From: Setoptus koraiensis
Taxonomy: Eukaryota; Animalia; Arthropoda
DNA length: 64,000 nucleotides
NCBI GenBank assembly: GCA_048013815.1
Contig: CM106585.1
Span: forward strand, 16,802,001-16,866,000
Reading direction: 5' to 3'
The translations under genes were made by a program, and so were the position numbers. Below, one piece after another: positions 1 through 11,100 of the stretch; positions within the stretch are counted from its first letter, which is position 1, and every line of letters starts with the position of its first letter. The notes beneath the pieces are model-generated. The model saw nothing but the letters and a program-made list of their open reading frames with translations. It was not told the origin of the DNA and made no database searches.

Positions 1-167
1 TATTATGAGGCGCGCGGATATAGTCGACACGCGCTGCAAAAGCCAGTGGCACGCACAGGTCGCGCTCGCCAGGCGCCTATAGCCCCGGAGCCACTTGCCC
101 GACATGGGCGCCCGGGCCCCCGAGCCGATGATGTAATCAAAGATCAAGAGCCAGCGCGAGCAAATGA

Positions 168-202
<35 letters not shown>

Positions 203-516
203 CTATGTGCGGTCTAGCCGGGGCTAATCTAGTGCGCGCGTTGTGGCCGCGCGCGCTGGCTTGGGGCGACTGGCTCACCGGCCCGACTGGCGCGACGGCC
301 CGTCATTGTTGTGGCGAACTGGCGCACAGCGGCCGCGCCGTGCAAACCGCCCATTCGGCGACCGGGGACCCGGGCAGCTGGGGGGGCCCCGCGAGTCACA
401 ATCGCTGTTTGTTGGTGCGAACGCAGCACTGACAGGGGCCATTCAATTGAGCTATCGCCTGCGCTGGGGCCCATTGTGCCCGGCCGCTCGGGCCCCAGCG
501 CTCGGTGTGGCCAATG

Positions 517-640
517 TGGATACGCGTGGATATGTGCGGATATGCGCGAATGTGTGCGGATATGTGCGAATGAGTGCGAACGTGTGCGGATATGTGCGAA
601 TGTGTGCGATTGTGTGCGATTGTGTGCGGATATATGTGAA
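517..640 (+). repeat. Degenerate 10-bp tandem array (GTGCGGATAT/GTGCGAATGT)
   Basis: Read directly from the sequence; boundaries approximate. Confidence 0.85.
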
Positions 641-2208
641 TTTGGCGTGTGCGGATGTGCCAGCCCAACACTGGGCCGTCGTCGGCTCGGCTCGCTGCAA
701 GTGAGCAACGCGCGACAAACGCCGACGCCAGCACATGGGCTGGCAAACAATTCGGGGCCCCGTTTTGTCGCGCCAGCGGCAAGCGGGCGCACAAGAGAGC
801 GCCGACGAGCGACAATCAAGAAGAAAGGAATTGATTATTTTCAGCGGCAGAGGCGCAGGATCTTGCACATCCATCTCTCTAGGTATGTGTCCCCGCGGAA
901 TTGTTATAATAGTTACATTATAACAGTGTGTGTGTGTGCTATAATTTCGCGAGAATTATGCCTGAGCGGGCCCCATGTGCCGCTATGTACGCACTACACT
1001 AAAATAGTCTCATAGTGAGGTATAATTGCAGCGTTGGAGACGCGCGCCACGAGGCCAAGATAATTATCTATTTAACGACCCACAATCACCATTATCATCT
1101 GGCGGCGCTGGCTTGCTCGCAGCCCGCGCCAGACACAATCGCGGGCCACACAAGCCAGCGCCGAGAATGGGGCGCCGGGCCCCATTGTTTGGGTCTCGCC
1201 GGTGTTGTTTAGTGCCCCTGGCTGAATAAGATCAATTTTGTTGGCCTTGATAGATGGCTATTAGCCAGCAACCAGTAACCGGCCGCTAGGTGGCCGCCGA
1301 ATGAAGCTGCAGGTTGGCAGCCTTGCTCGGCGCGGCTATTGGCCCACCGGGGTCCATTGGCTATCTGTCTACGGGTATATATCAGACCAATATATATATA
1401 TCAGACAGATATATATATATTGGCAGCGCGCATTGGCTCGGCGCGGCTCGACGCGGCTCGGTGCGGCGCCCCCAAACAAGCAAATAGACGACAAATTTGT
1501 GTGCTGATTTACATCCCGGCCAGGCCCGTTATTCGCGATAATGGCACGTTTGAGCGCGACGTTGCTGCCACCACTGGCGCCTTTGGGGGCCCGCAAGCCG
1601 ACAGGCAAGTGGCCGCGTGCGTCACGAGTAGCGACTCGCCAGCAATATGACGATAAATGGCGCGACAAATGAAGGCGCCATTACAACTAACTAGCTGTTT
1701 TGTAGCGTGGCGCGACAGTTGGCTATCATGGGCGCAATGGTCGGTTGGGGCCCCAAACCACACAACGGCGCCTTGTGTCGCGGCCGACTGGTGCAACGCG
1801 TCGGGCCGGATAATGCCACTGGATAGCGTTTGGATCGAGTGGATATTTATATCCGCACATATGTGCAATATTAAGCGAATGTATACGCGGCCGACCGGCA
1901 CAAATTTAAGGGGCGCAAATGTTAATGCGCGGCCACTGGGGCCGCTGGGCGCAACATTGATTACTGCTACTTGCCTTTATAATAGATAGATGGATAAATA
2001 GATTAATAGAGCGACGATGATTACGTGTGTACGGTTGTGGTGCGTGCGCCAACGCGATAACGGTGCTATATGTGCGGTGGATATTTGCTTGTTTGCGTTC
2101 ATATATCGAGTCTCATATATTGAGATATCGGGGGGGCTATTGTGTGCGCTATTGTGTCGGATATAATCGGATAGCGTGTATTGTGTGATGCTACGATATT
2201 GCTGGGGC

Positions 2209-2298
2209 GCCCGGATATTAAGGGCCGATACTGTGCCGATATTGGGCCGATACTGTGCCGATATTGGGCCGATATTGGCCGATATGGGGGCCGATATT
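2209..2298 (+). repeat. Degenerate 11-bp tandem array (GCCGATAYTGK)
   Basis: Read directly; boundaries approximate. Confidence 0.85.
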
Positions 2299-3158
2299 AC
2301 AAAGGTGACGACACTAACTAGCGGATTGCTGGATTGGGCCTGTTTTGGGTGCGATTTTTGTTGGCAGCCCGGCGCTGATCAAATTAATCAATTTGCGTGA
2401 TCTCTTATTTTGTGCGTGTGTCGCTGCGTTGCCGCGGGCCCCAACAACCCAACAACTAGATTAACACTAATCTATTTAATTGATCTGCTATGTTGCGTGC
2501 ACACCCACGCATTTACAACAACTTGCTGCCTCGTGTGTGTGTGTGTGTGTGTATTGTACGTGTAAGATGGATCAAGTCGGGGCCTCTTGTCGGCCACTAA
2601 TTCGGGCTAGCTCGCCCACTGTTTGCAGCTCGCCCACTGTTTGCAGCTTGCGAACACTATTGATGGATGGCCGGCCGCTCGAGCGTAACCCTAATCTCGG
2701 CCGCGTAATCTCGTGTTATCTCGCCCAGCGATATATATGCAAATTAATGCCATTACGTTGTGTGCGATACTTGTGCTCGTGCTTGTGTTGTCGTTGCTGC
2801 TGCTGTTGTCGTTGTTGTCGGTGTCGTTGTTGTTGGACTGTCTTGGCGGCACGACTACTAACTACTGAGTTAACTAATTACTTGCCGCTGCACAGCCAGT
2901 CGATGTTACGCGGCCTAATGTGGCGACTGGCGCGAGATGCAAATGAGCCAAATCGGCCGATCGGACCCCGAAATGGCTGACGGCAGCGCGTTGAATTGTG
3001 AGCCTTGACAATGAAACAATGAGCAAAATTTGCGACAACCGGTCAATTTTAACGATGCTGGCTCGCTTGCTTGACAGCGTTTTGGCACTCTGGCGCTTGG
3101 CCGCCCTAGTCAGCACACAACCAAACGAACGCCAAACAGCTGCACGGGGCCCCAATCG

Positions 3159-3221
3159 GCAACAATTCGCCACAATTCGCTACAATTCGCAGCAGTTCGC
3201 AGCAATTCGCGACACAATTCG
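3159..3221 (+). repeat. 10-bp tandem array (GCNACAATTC)
   Basis: Read directly. Confidence 0.8.
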
Positions 3222-4220
3222 AGCCGCAACAATAAACAATTCGACGCACTGCCAGCTAAGTACGGCGCGGCCAGCGATCGAGGCGACACTGATTGCGCGT
3301 GAACTTTGCGCTCATTTTTGGGGCCCACCTGTTCCGAAATGGGCCATCGCGGCGTGTGTGGGCGGCGGGAACAGGAACTGTTTTTGTCACTGTTAGGTCG
3401 CTGTGACTGTACACTAACAATATTGTCACTTCGGTGGCCGTGTTGTGCGTGACAATAACGGGCTGATGCTGTCGCTGTTGTTGCCGTCGTTTGCCGTCTG
3501 TTGTTGCTGTCGTTTGCCGTCTGTTGTTGCTGTCGTTTGCCGTCTGTCGGGCTCGCGTGCCGACGACTCGCCGAGCGGATGATGATGACTGACACTGCAA
3601 ATTGCGTAATTGCTGTCGCGACTCACCTAACTGCTCACTGGCTCAACTGTCTGGGGGGGCTCCACTAAATTGCTCAATTGGAGTAGAGTAAAATCGAGTT
3701 CGCTGATTTGCCAAGACACTTTTGGCAAGCTGGCAGCTCATTAAAATTTGCTTCTGTTTGTGCGTGTCTGTGTGCGTCTTTGTTTGTCGTCGTCGTCGTC
3801 GTCGTCGTCGTCGTGACTCGGCCTCGTGCCAGTGTAAAGTTTCTGCCGGTTGCTGGCTGCTGGCTGCTAACTAACTCGAATCTGGTGACTGGATTGCGCG
3901 CCGGTGGGTGCTGGCCTCGGTGCGATCGGGAGCTCCGTTGAGATGCCACTGTCGCTCGCTCGCCGCGGCTCGTGCCAACGAACGCACGGTGTTACGCAGC
4001 GACGGTGCAGGCGAACGCACAGCGCACCGTCGTTACGTAACCGCCTGTCGGCATTACGCGACACAGCATCACGGCAACCTGCGCACCAGCGAGCAAACAA
4101 ACTGTCGGGCTGCAACGGCCACTTGCAGCTCTGACGGCTCGCTGCAGCGGGCCCCGGCGCGCACTGCGCAGCTTCCAGCCCACGGCCGCCGGAGCCCCAA
4201 CGTTGGCCCAGCGCCGGCCC

Positions 4221-4286
4221 CAACGCCAGCCAACGCCAGCCAACGCCAGCCAACGCCAGCCAACGCCAGCCAACGCCAGCCAACGC
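4221..4286 (+). repeat. Perfect 10-bp tandem array (CAACGCCAGC) x6
   Basis: Six identical copies plus a partial copy. Confidence 0.95.
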
Positions 4287-7200
4287 TGGCCCCAGTGCCG
4301 GCCCCAGTAGCAGCCAGACACTCGACACTGATGAAATGGGGCGAAATAGTTGAAACTTATTGAGGCGACCAGCCTACGTGACTACCTATTGGTCGGCCGT
4401 TTCGGTGGGCCCGAGGCTCGCCGACACCAACCAAAAGCATGAATCGCTCATCAGCTCGAGCCGCGTCCAATTGCCGCCAGTCGTTTTGTCGGCCGGCCAG
4501 CGTCGTTTTGTCGGACGAGCGCCATAAAACAAGCGTCATTTTTCACGCTCTCTGGCCAGCTCACGGTTTGTGTGGGCCCTAATGACGCGTCTAGGCGCCG
4601 CAGCGCCGCCAATGCCAAGTGCCAAATGTCGCCCCAATCCCAATTGCCCCTGCCAAGCGGAGCCTCGAAAGTGGCTCGTGCCGTCAGTGACAATCTTGAA
4701 TATGAGAGCACAGCCAGGAATTTGTGTCGCTGACGGTGCTCTCGGCCGAACAGCCGAACAATTCGGGGCCCCATTTTGGCGCAATCATCGCATCGATTCA
4801 TTACGCGCGAGCCGCCAAGAGCCGCCAAGAGTCGCCGCTGTCGACCCACGCTCGCCCGTTTCTATATACGAACCCATATAAGAAGCCACGGGCCCGAGCG
4901 CGAGCCGGCCAGGCCGGCAGTTAAGTGAAGCGTACGCTGCCCGTCGGCCGCACACGATCGGACCGGGAGCAGCGGGCCGGTCCTGGTGGCGGTCTGGCGG
5001 CGCTCGTCTCGGGCCGGGTCGCAGTGTGGCGGCACTCGGCTCGGGCTGTGGTGCGCGGTGCGCACGGTCGTAACGCGTCCCCACCCGCTTCACTCCGCCG
5101 GGCCGGCGCGGCTCCAAGGGGCTCTGTCGGGCCGACAGGCCCGCCGATACTCCGATCAGTCGGCAATGTCCGTGCACAGTCCACGGTGCGGGACAAAGTC
5201 CGGCGGGGCAGCCGCATTTCGCTCAGAATGCCCTTGGCCGTCCGTTGTCACAATGGCCTTGAGGCGCGGACCAAGGTGAGCGGCGGGCCGGGCCGCGGTG
5301 CGCCGAGCTCCAGCGCGAATCAAATGCGATCAGCGCAAATCAAATCCGCTTGCAGCTAATATGATTTTGCGGCCGCCCATATTGGCGCACGGACAGCGCC
5401 AGAAATATAAGGACGCGAAGAGTGAGTGCGCCTCATTAGTCTTTAGATCGTATTTCGCCGTATCTCGTCGTTGCGACGGCGGCCCCAACCGAGCAATACT
5501 CGGCGGGTATCGACCGGGCCTTTGTTTGTGCTGCTAGCGGCCATCGGACATCGGCCAGCGATTGGGGCCCGCCGGAGCGGGCCCCCATTGCGGCCAGCAA
5601 GCCAATCATGCCAGACGCACGGCTGGCTAATTCGGCGCTGTCCACTTTGTTGGCTCGCTCGCTGGAATGTTGCTGTCAATTGGCGCTGGGAATTATATTA
5701 CCAGCGCCAGCGGGCCGGTTGCGTTAAGTAATGGCATCACCGCAAGCAAAACCAACAGCGGACAATAATGGGGCTCCCACTGGACGGATTGTTGGTCGGT
5801 TTGTTTGGTTGGTGCGCTCGGGCGGCGCCGTCGCGCTGGACCGGCCGCCGGCCCGCCGGCCCACCGACCAAGCGCCGGCCACAACAAATAAGCTGTCGCT
5901 GTTGTCGTTGTTGTCGTTGTCGCTGTCTCCCCTAATGAGCCCGCGTGGCGCCGGCCAATCTAATGATGGTCGCAACTAATTAGAGCGGCCCATTAGCCGC
6001 GCACAATCGACGTGTTTATTTTACAGCGACAGCAGCGCCAACAACGGTGACCTTTACACGGACAGCGGCGTTATTCAATGTCGCGCGCGCCGCTTTTTCA
6101 GCGCTCGTGAGGTGTTGGCTCGCCGGGCCCCATTGACCACTCTGGCTGCGCTGGCCAGTTGCGTTTTCGCAGCGACTCGGCGCGGCCTCTTGCGGCTGAT
6201 TTGAGGAAGCCTTCGGCCGGCTTGTGCTCGAGTTGGGCCGCTCGGCCCGCTCGATTGTCCCCACCAAATTGGCCGGCCCACGAGAAGAAGCGGCCCGCGA
6301 GTTCGGACGAGAAGCGGCAGCATTCAGCCGGCGAAACGCGCCCGCACGGCACTTGTCGGCCACAGTCGGGCTGCCGGAGTGCGACGTTTCATGGGGCCGG
6401 TATGTCGGAGTCGACTTATAGTGTGTGAGTTATAGAGCCACGAAGTGTTGCGCCGGGTTGCATATGAAAATCAGTTTCATCACGCATGAATTGACGCGCT
6501 TTGCTACTTTGGGGCCCCGACTTTTGATAACGTTTTGAGGACAGTTTAGAGAGGCTTAGTGCCGTTTGTGGCACAACAACTGGCGCGCTGGCGACACCTA
6601 ACGATAAGCTGCGCGTCTTGCGACACCGTCGTATCGACAATAACGGTTCGCAGCGACAGCAATAACGGTTTGCAACGACAACGGCGCCAGCGACAACGAC
6701 AGCAACAACAGCGACGGCAACAACAGCAACAACGACAACATCAAAGTGTCACTCTAGTTGGCCAGCCAACGGCATCGGGCCGTCAGTATCGGGCCGACCG
6801 AATCGGGCCGACGGTATCGGCCGGCCATATAGGGCCCCAATATCGTGAGCAGCTGTCTATTGTTGTCGCGACGCTTGTCAGCGTGGCTGCAGTGCTTTAT
6901 TGAGGGCCAACTGTGGCGATGGGGCGAGCGGCAAGTGGCCAGACCGGCCAGACCGGCCAATATCCTGGCAGCATCCGCCAGTTGGCGCCAACGAACCACT
7001 TTGGGCCCAATCGTGCCACTTCGGGCGCACGGCGGCCCGGATTGGGTGTCGCTGAAGGCGGCAAGTGGCTCAAAAGCGAGCCACTCGGGCCGGTGCGCCC
7101 GTCCGGCCGGCCAGTCGTGTCCAGCGAGTGGAAAATTTGCACTTGCAGCCAGTGCGGCCCGCTGGCCAGACAAGTGCAGTTGAACTGGCCACTGGCGCCG

Positions 7201-8071
7201 GCGGGTCAGTCCGCCGCTGCTGGTAATCGCTCGGCTTGGCTCCACTTTGCGCGCTACATCCGCCAGGCGCCCGGACAAAGTGAGCGAGCGGACAAAGTGA
7301 GCGAGCCGAGCGCAAAGCGAGCGAAACGATGAGCCCGACTCAATTTCGCGGGCTAAGTCGCCGGCATTATCTGCATAGTGGCTGGCATTATCCGGCTGTG
7401 AGTGGCTGCCGGTCGGCCGGACAAACTAACTGTCTGGCCGGCTGGCGGCGAGACGACGGTCAGTTTGTGTAGTTGTTTTTGTCTGTTTTTGTGTCCGAAT
7501 CAATGAACAGCGAGCAAACAACAAAACAATAGTAACAGTTATTTGCGTGGGTGGCCACTGGTCACTCTGCTGGCTCGTCGTCGTGTTATATACACACAAC
7601 ACAATGCCCACTGACCAGTGCCAGTGAGCTCGTGGGCCCCACGGGAGGCCCGCTCCATATTAATCAATTCAGTGCCAGGCTGGCCGGCAGTCGCTTGGCG
7701 CGCTGTCAAGTGGACAGTGCCAATCAACGAGTTACGCAACATGAGCACACCGACTCCTTGGCTCGCTCTCGGCGCGCCACTTCAGCGGCCACATAAACAG
7801 CACATAAACGGCGTATAAACAAAGCCAAACACTCGGCCAAACCGGCCCGCGGTGTCCGTGCATTTGTACTGTATCTCGCAGCGGCCCGCGAGTCGGCGAG
7901 TCGCGAAAGACGCTATAGTCGCTATGGTCGCGAACGGCGCTATAGTCCCGCGCCCGCACTGCTCGCTCGCGCTCTTACGGCACATATGTTATATGATGTT
8001 ATGTCAGTGTTATATAATGTACTATTACGTAATGCAGTATTACGTAATGCATAGTGTTATTATATCGTAAA

Positions 8072-9859
8072 TTAGCAGCGTGCATAGCGGCGGCACTCAC
8101 CTTGCTGGATCTCGTAGCCGTACCGGCACTGGCAGGTGTGCGCCACGTTGAGCACCGATTCCGAGGACCGGGCGCGCCTATTGCTTCCGGTGGCGCCTGC
8201 GCGGATATTGTGCCCGGCGTCGATGAAGAGCGGCTCGTCGATGATATGGGCCATGGAGTGGTCGTTTATATCGATCGTAGAGCCGTCGTCGATATCAAAC
8301 GCGGAGTCGTCGATGTCCACTGTGAAGTCGTCGATATCAACTGTGAGCTCGTCTAAATTGGTCAGATTGCCCCTCGGCGCGCCAGCGCCAGTCCCACCGT
8401 GGGCCACTGGGGCCACTGAGGCCGATAATTCCGATGGGGCCGGTGAGTCCGCCGAGGCCGGTGAGTTCGATGAGTCCGATGAGGCGCCCACAGCCATGGG
8501 CCCAGAAGTGGCCCCGTGGCCACTTGTTATCGAGTTGTGTTGTCGAGCTGGCCGCCTCTTGGCCCGGTGGCGCTGCTGTTGCTGCTGGCTCGCCTGCGCG
8601 GCCGGCGCTGCCGGCCCGGCGGACACGGGCAGCGGCACGGGCAGCGGCCTAGAGCCGGAGGTGGATATGAGCACTTGTTTGGTGGGCAAACAGAGCGCGT
8701 TGTCGGCCAGGCACTGGTCGTGGGACAGACAGTAGTCGTCTAGCGACTTTATGGGCAAACAAATGCGCAGCTCCTGTTCGGCCTGGTCCGCTTGCTCGCC
8801 CGGCCCCACTAGCTGGAGGGCCTGTGGTCGGGCCGCGCCGTCCGTGTCCCCGAAGGCCCGGCCCGAGAAGTGGTTGTGGTGGTTGCGGTTGTTGTTGTCG
8901 TTGTGGTTGCCGATCGGGCCGGATTGCGCCAGGGCCGGCCCAGCCGCCTCTTGCGACTGCGGGTGCGGCTGTTGCGCGGCCGCTGTGGCGGCCCGCTTAT
9001 CGGGCTCATCGGGCTCATTAATGTTCATTTCGGTTGACGCGGGCGCGGGCGCCGGTGACGCAAACAGCGACCCATGAACAGACCGCTGCCAGACGGCGGC
9101 GGTCTCATATCTGGCCGGCGCCATCTCATTCTTATTCAATGTTCGTTGTCGGGTTGCCGCCGGTTCTGGTTGGCTGGTCCGGGCGCCCGAGCGGCTTGTG
9201 TCGTCGAGTGTGTCGTCGTGTGTGTCGCCGTCTCGGGGCGACACTTGTCGTCGTTTTCTTGTTACGTCGCTTGCTCCAGTGGCGCCGCTGTCACGATCGC
9301 CGTCCTGCTCGCGGTCGCCCGGCGAGGCAAGGCCGCCGCCGCCGCTATTAACGCCGCCGCTGCGATGACTTGATGACGTAATGGATATAAACAGCGGCCT
9401 TGATTCTACGAAGGCGGCCTTGCATTGGCACAATTGATATATTTTATTGCACTGCGAATGGCTCAATGATAGACAATCGTCGTCTTGCTGACAATTTAAT
9501 TTATTCCAATGGCCGCTGCTCCTGACCTGGCGCCCGCCTGCCCCTTGGCTCGTGTGCGCCGTGTTGTGCTGCACCGGGTCCCGTTGCTGCGCCGGGTTCC
9601 GTCGCTGCAAGGGCGATGGCCGCGCGGGCAAACGAGCTGCGTTCGCGGCTTGCATAATACGGTCGGCGTTGATAAATGCCGGCCCATTTATCAGTGGCCG
9701 CTCGGCCGGCTGCTCGCCATGCCCGCTGCCATTTGTACCTACGGCGCCCCCAGCGGCCGCCCGGGCGCTTGCAAACCCGAACGGGGCGCCGGTCCAAAGA
9801 AGCAGCAGGCCCATCGCGAAAACAGCGACACTTGCGCGACAACCAATCATCACAGCCAT
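8072..9859 (-). CDS. Secreted Cys-rich protein with EB-module-like units and long low-complexity inserts (~595 aa)
   Basis: Long ORF (612 aa from GTG 9910). The likely start Met at 9859 gives a hydrophobic signal-like N-terminus (MAVMIGCRASVAVFAMGLLLLWTGAPFGFASA). Cys spacing CQQDDDC..SQC..LCQCKAAF and CLP..DYC..QC..LC..TCQCRYGY..GEC resembles EB modules. A strong donor (AAG|GTGAGT) at 8100 may extend the gene. Confidence 0.7.
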   Translation of the reverse strand: MAVMIGCRASVAVFAMGLLLLWTGAPFGFASARAAAGGAVGTNGSGHGEQPAERPLINGPAFINADRIMQAANAARLPARPSPLQRRNPAQQRDPVQHNTAHTSQGAGGRQVRSSGHWNKLNCQQDDDCLSLSHSQCNKIYQLCQCKAAFVESRPLFISITSSSHRSGGVNSGGGGLASPGDREQDGDRDSGATGASDVTRKRRQVSPRDGDTHDDTLDDTSRSGARTSQPEPAATRQRTLNKNEMAPARYETAAVWQRSVHGSLFASPAPAPASTEMNINEPDEPDKRAATAAAQQPHPQSQEAAGPALAQSGPIGNHNDNNNRNHHNHFSGRAFGDTDGAARPQALQLVGPGEQADQAEQELRICLPIKSLDDYCLSHDQCLADNALCLPTKQVLISTSGSRPLPVPLPVSAGPAAPAAQASQQQQQRHRAKRRPARQHNSITSGHGATSGPMAVGASSDSSNSPASADSPAPSELSASVAPVAHGGTGAGAPRGNLTNLDELTVDIDDFTVDIDDSAFDIDDGSTIDINDHSMAHIIDEPLFIDAGHNIRAGATGSNRRARSSESVLNVAHTCQCRYGYEIQQGECRRYARC

Positions 9860-10944
9860 GATAATGATGATGGTGATAATAATAATATCAGTAATATATA
9901 TAGTGGGCACTGCTAATAATAGTGTGTATGTAACGTATAATGGCGCAACCGCTCGGGCGCGTCCGCGACACTAGCACCCGCCACTTGCAGCGCCCCTCAA
10001 TTAGATTGCTGGTGGCGCCGCCGAGCCGAAAATTGCTGCCGCTCGCTCGGGCTTGTCGGGCTCGTCGGGCTTGTCGCGCTCGCCGGGCCCCGATGCGGCT
10101 CGTGCAAGCTCAAATGTTGGCGCTCGGCGCGCTTAATCCGCTCGTGTCGCCCGATTCTCGCGCAATTCGCTCGCGTCGCCCAATTCTCGCAATCCTCGCA
10201 ATCCGCTCAATTGGCGCGCCCGCCGTGACGAGCGCAACTGGCGCAGGGAGCCGGCTAAATGGCAAGATTTATGGCCATGTTATTGGCCCGACCAAGTGAT
10301 ACCGTTCGCCGCGAGCCTCGGCCCAGAAGCGCGATGGGGCCCGTCGACTGCTGTTTGCGAGCGGATATATACGTGTGTGTGTGTGTGTGCGTGTGTGAGA
10401 GGGCTCGCCAGATATATATTATGCCGGCGCTACATATATTATGGCGTGTTGCTCTTGTCGGGACTGTTGGTTCGGCTCGGGCCGCTTATTGCCGTTCCGG
10501 CGCGACTGTCGGGCCGGCGATTTTCAATTTAATAATGGCTGCAGTTTTGTTGGCTGACAAATTCACTTGCTGTTGTTGTTGTTGCGTCATGCTCGCTCGT
10601 TAGCCGCTGATTGTTGTTGGCTGTATCCGATGCTGGCGCTGCTGCTGCTGTCAAACCAAACAAGTTGCTGTTTAGTTAAACGAGTACGAGTCGCTGTTCA
10701 ACTATCCGAGTCGCTGATCGGGCCGCTGACGCAAGCGAATCTTGCTGCAAATGGATATAAATGCCTGGCTGCAAGGCAGGGGGGCGAGGGTGGGGGGCGA
10801 AAGGAGACAGGGGCCCCAAGAGACGGGTGCCGGGTTAGGTGAGAAGAGCAGTTCAGGTTGAAGTGTGAATTACGCAATGTCGTCGTGCTGTGTAACTGAT
10901 ACTAATACTGGTGCACAGACACAACTGGCTTGTTTGTTGTCGGT

Positions 10945-11100
10945 CGCCAGTTGTTGTCGTCGGTTGTTGCCGGTTGTTGCCGGTCGTGGTCGGTTGTTGC
11001 CGGTTGTTGCCGGTGGTCGTCGGTTGTTGCTGGCGGTTGTCAGCAACAACAGCAACAACAACAGCAACAACAACAACACCGGCAACAGCAACAACCGGCG
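10945..11100 (+). repeat. 10-bp array (CGGTTGTTGC) followed by a CAA/CAG trinucleotide tract
   Basis: Read directly. Confidence 0.85.

Noticed and set aside
845-882. Possible 38-nt micro-exon (TTTTCAG|...AG|GTATGT)
   Set aside because: No partner exons or recognisable peptide; such site pairs occur by chance.
46-8070. Numerous overlapping 60-250 aa ORFs on both strands
   Set aside because: Ala/Arg/Gly/Pro-rich translations expected in GC-rich DNA, often derived from tandem repeats; no recognisable domains.
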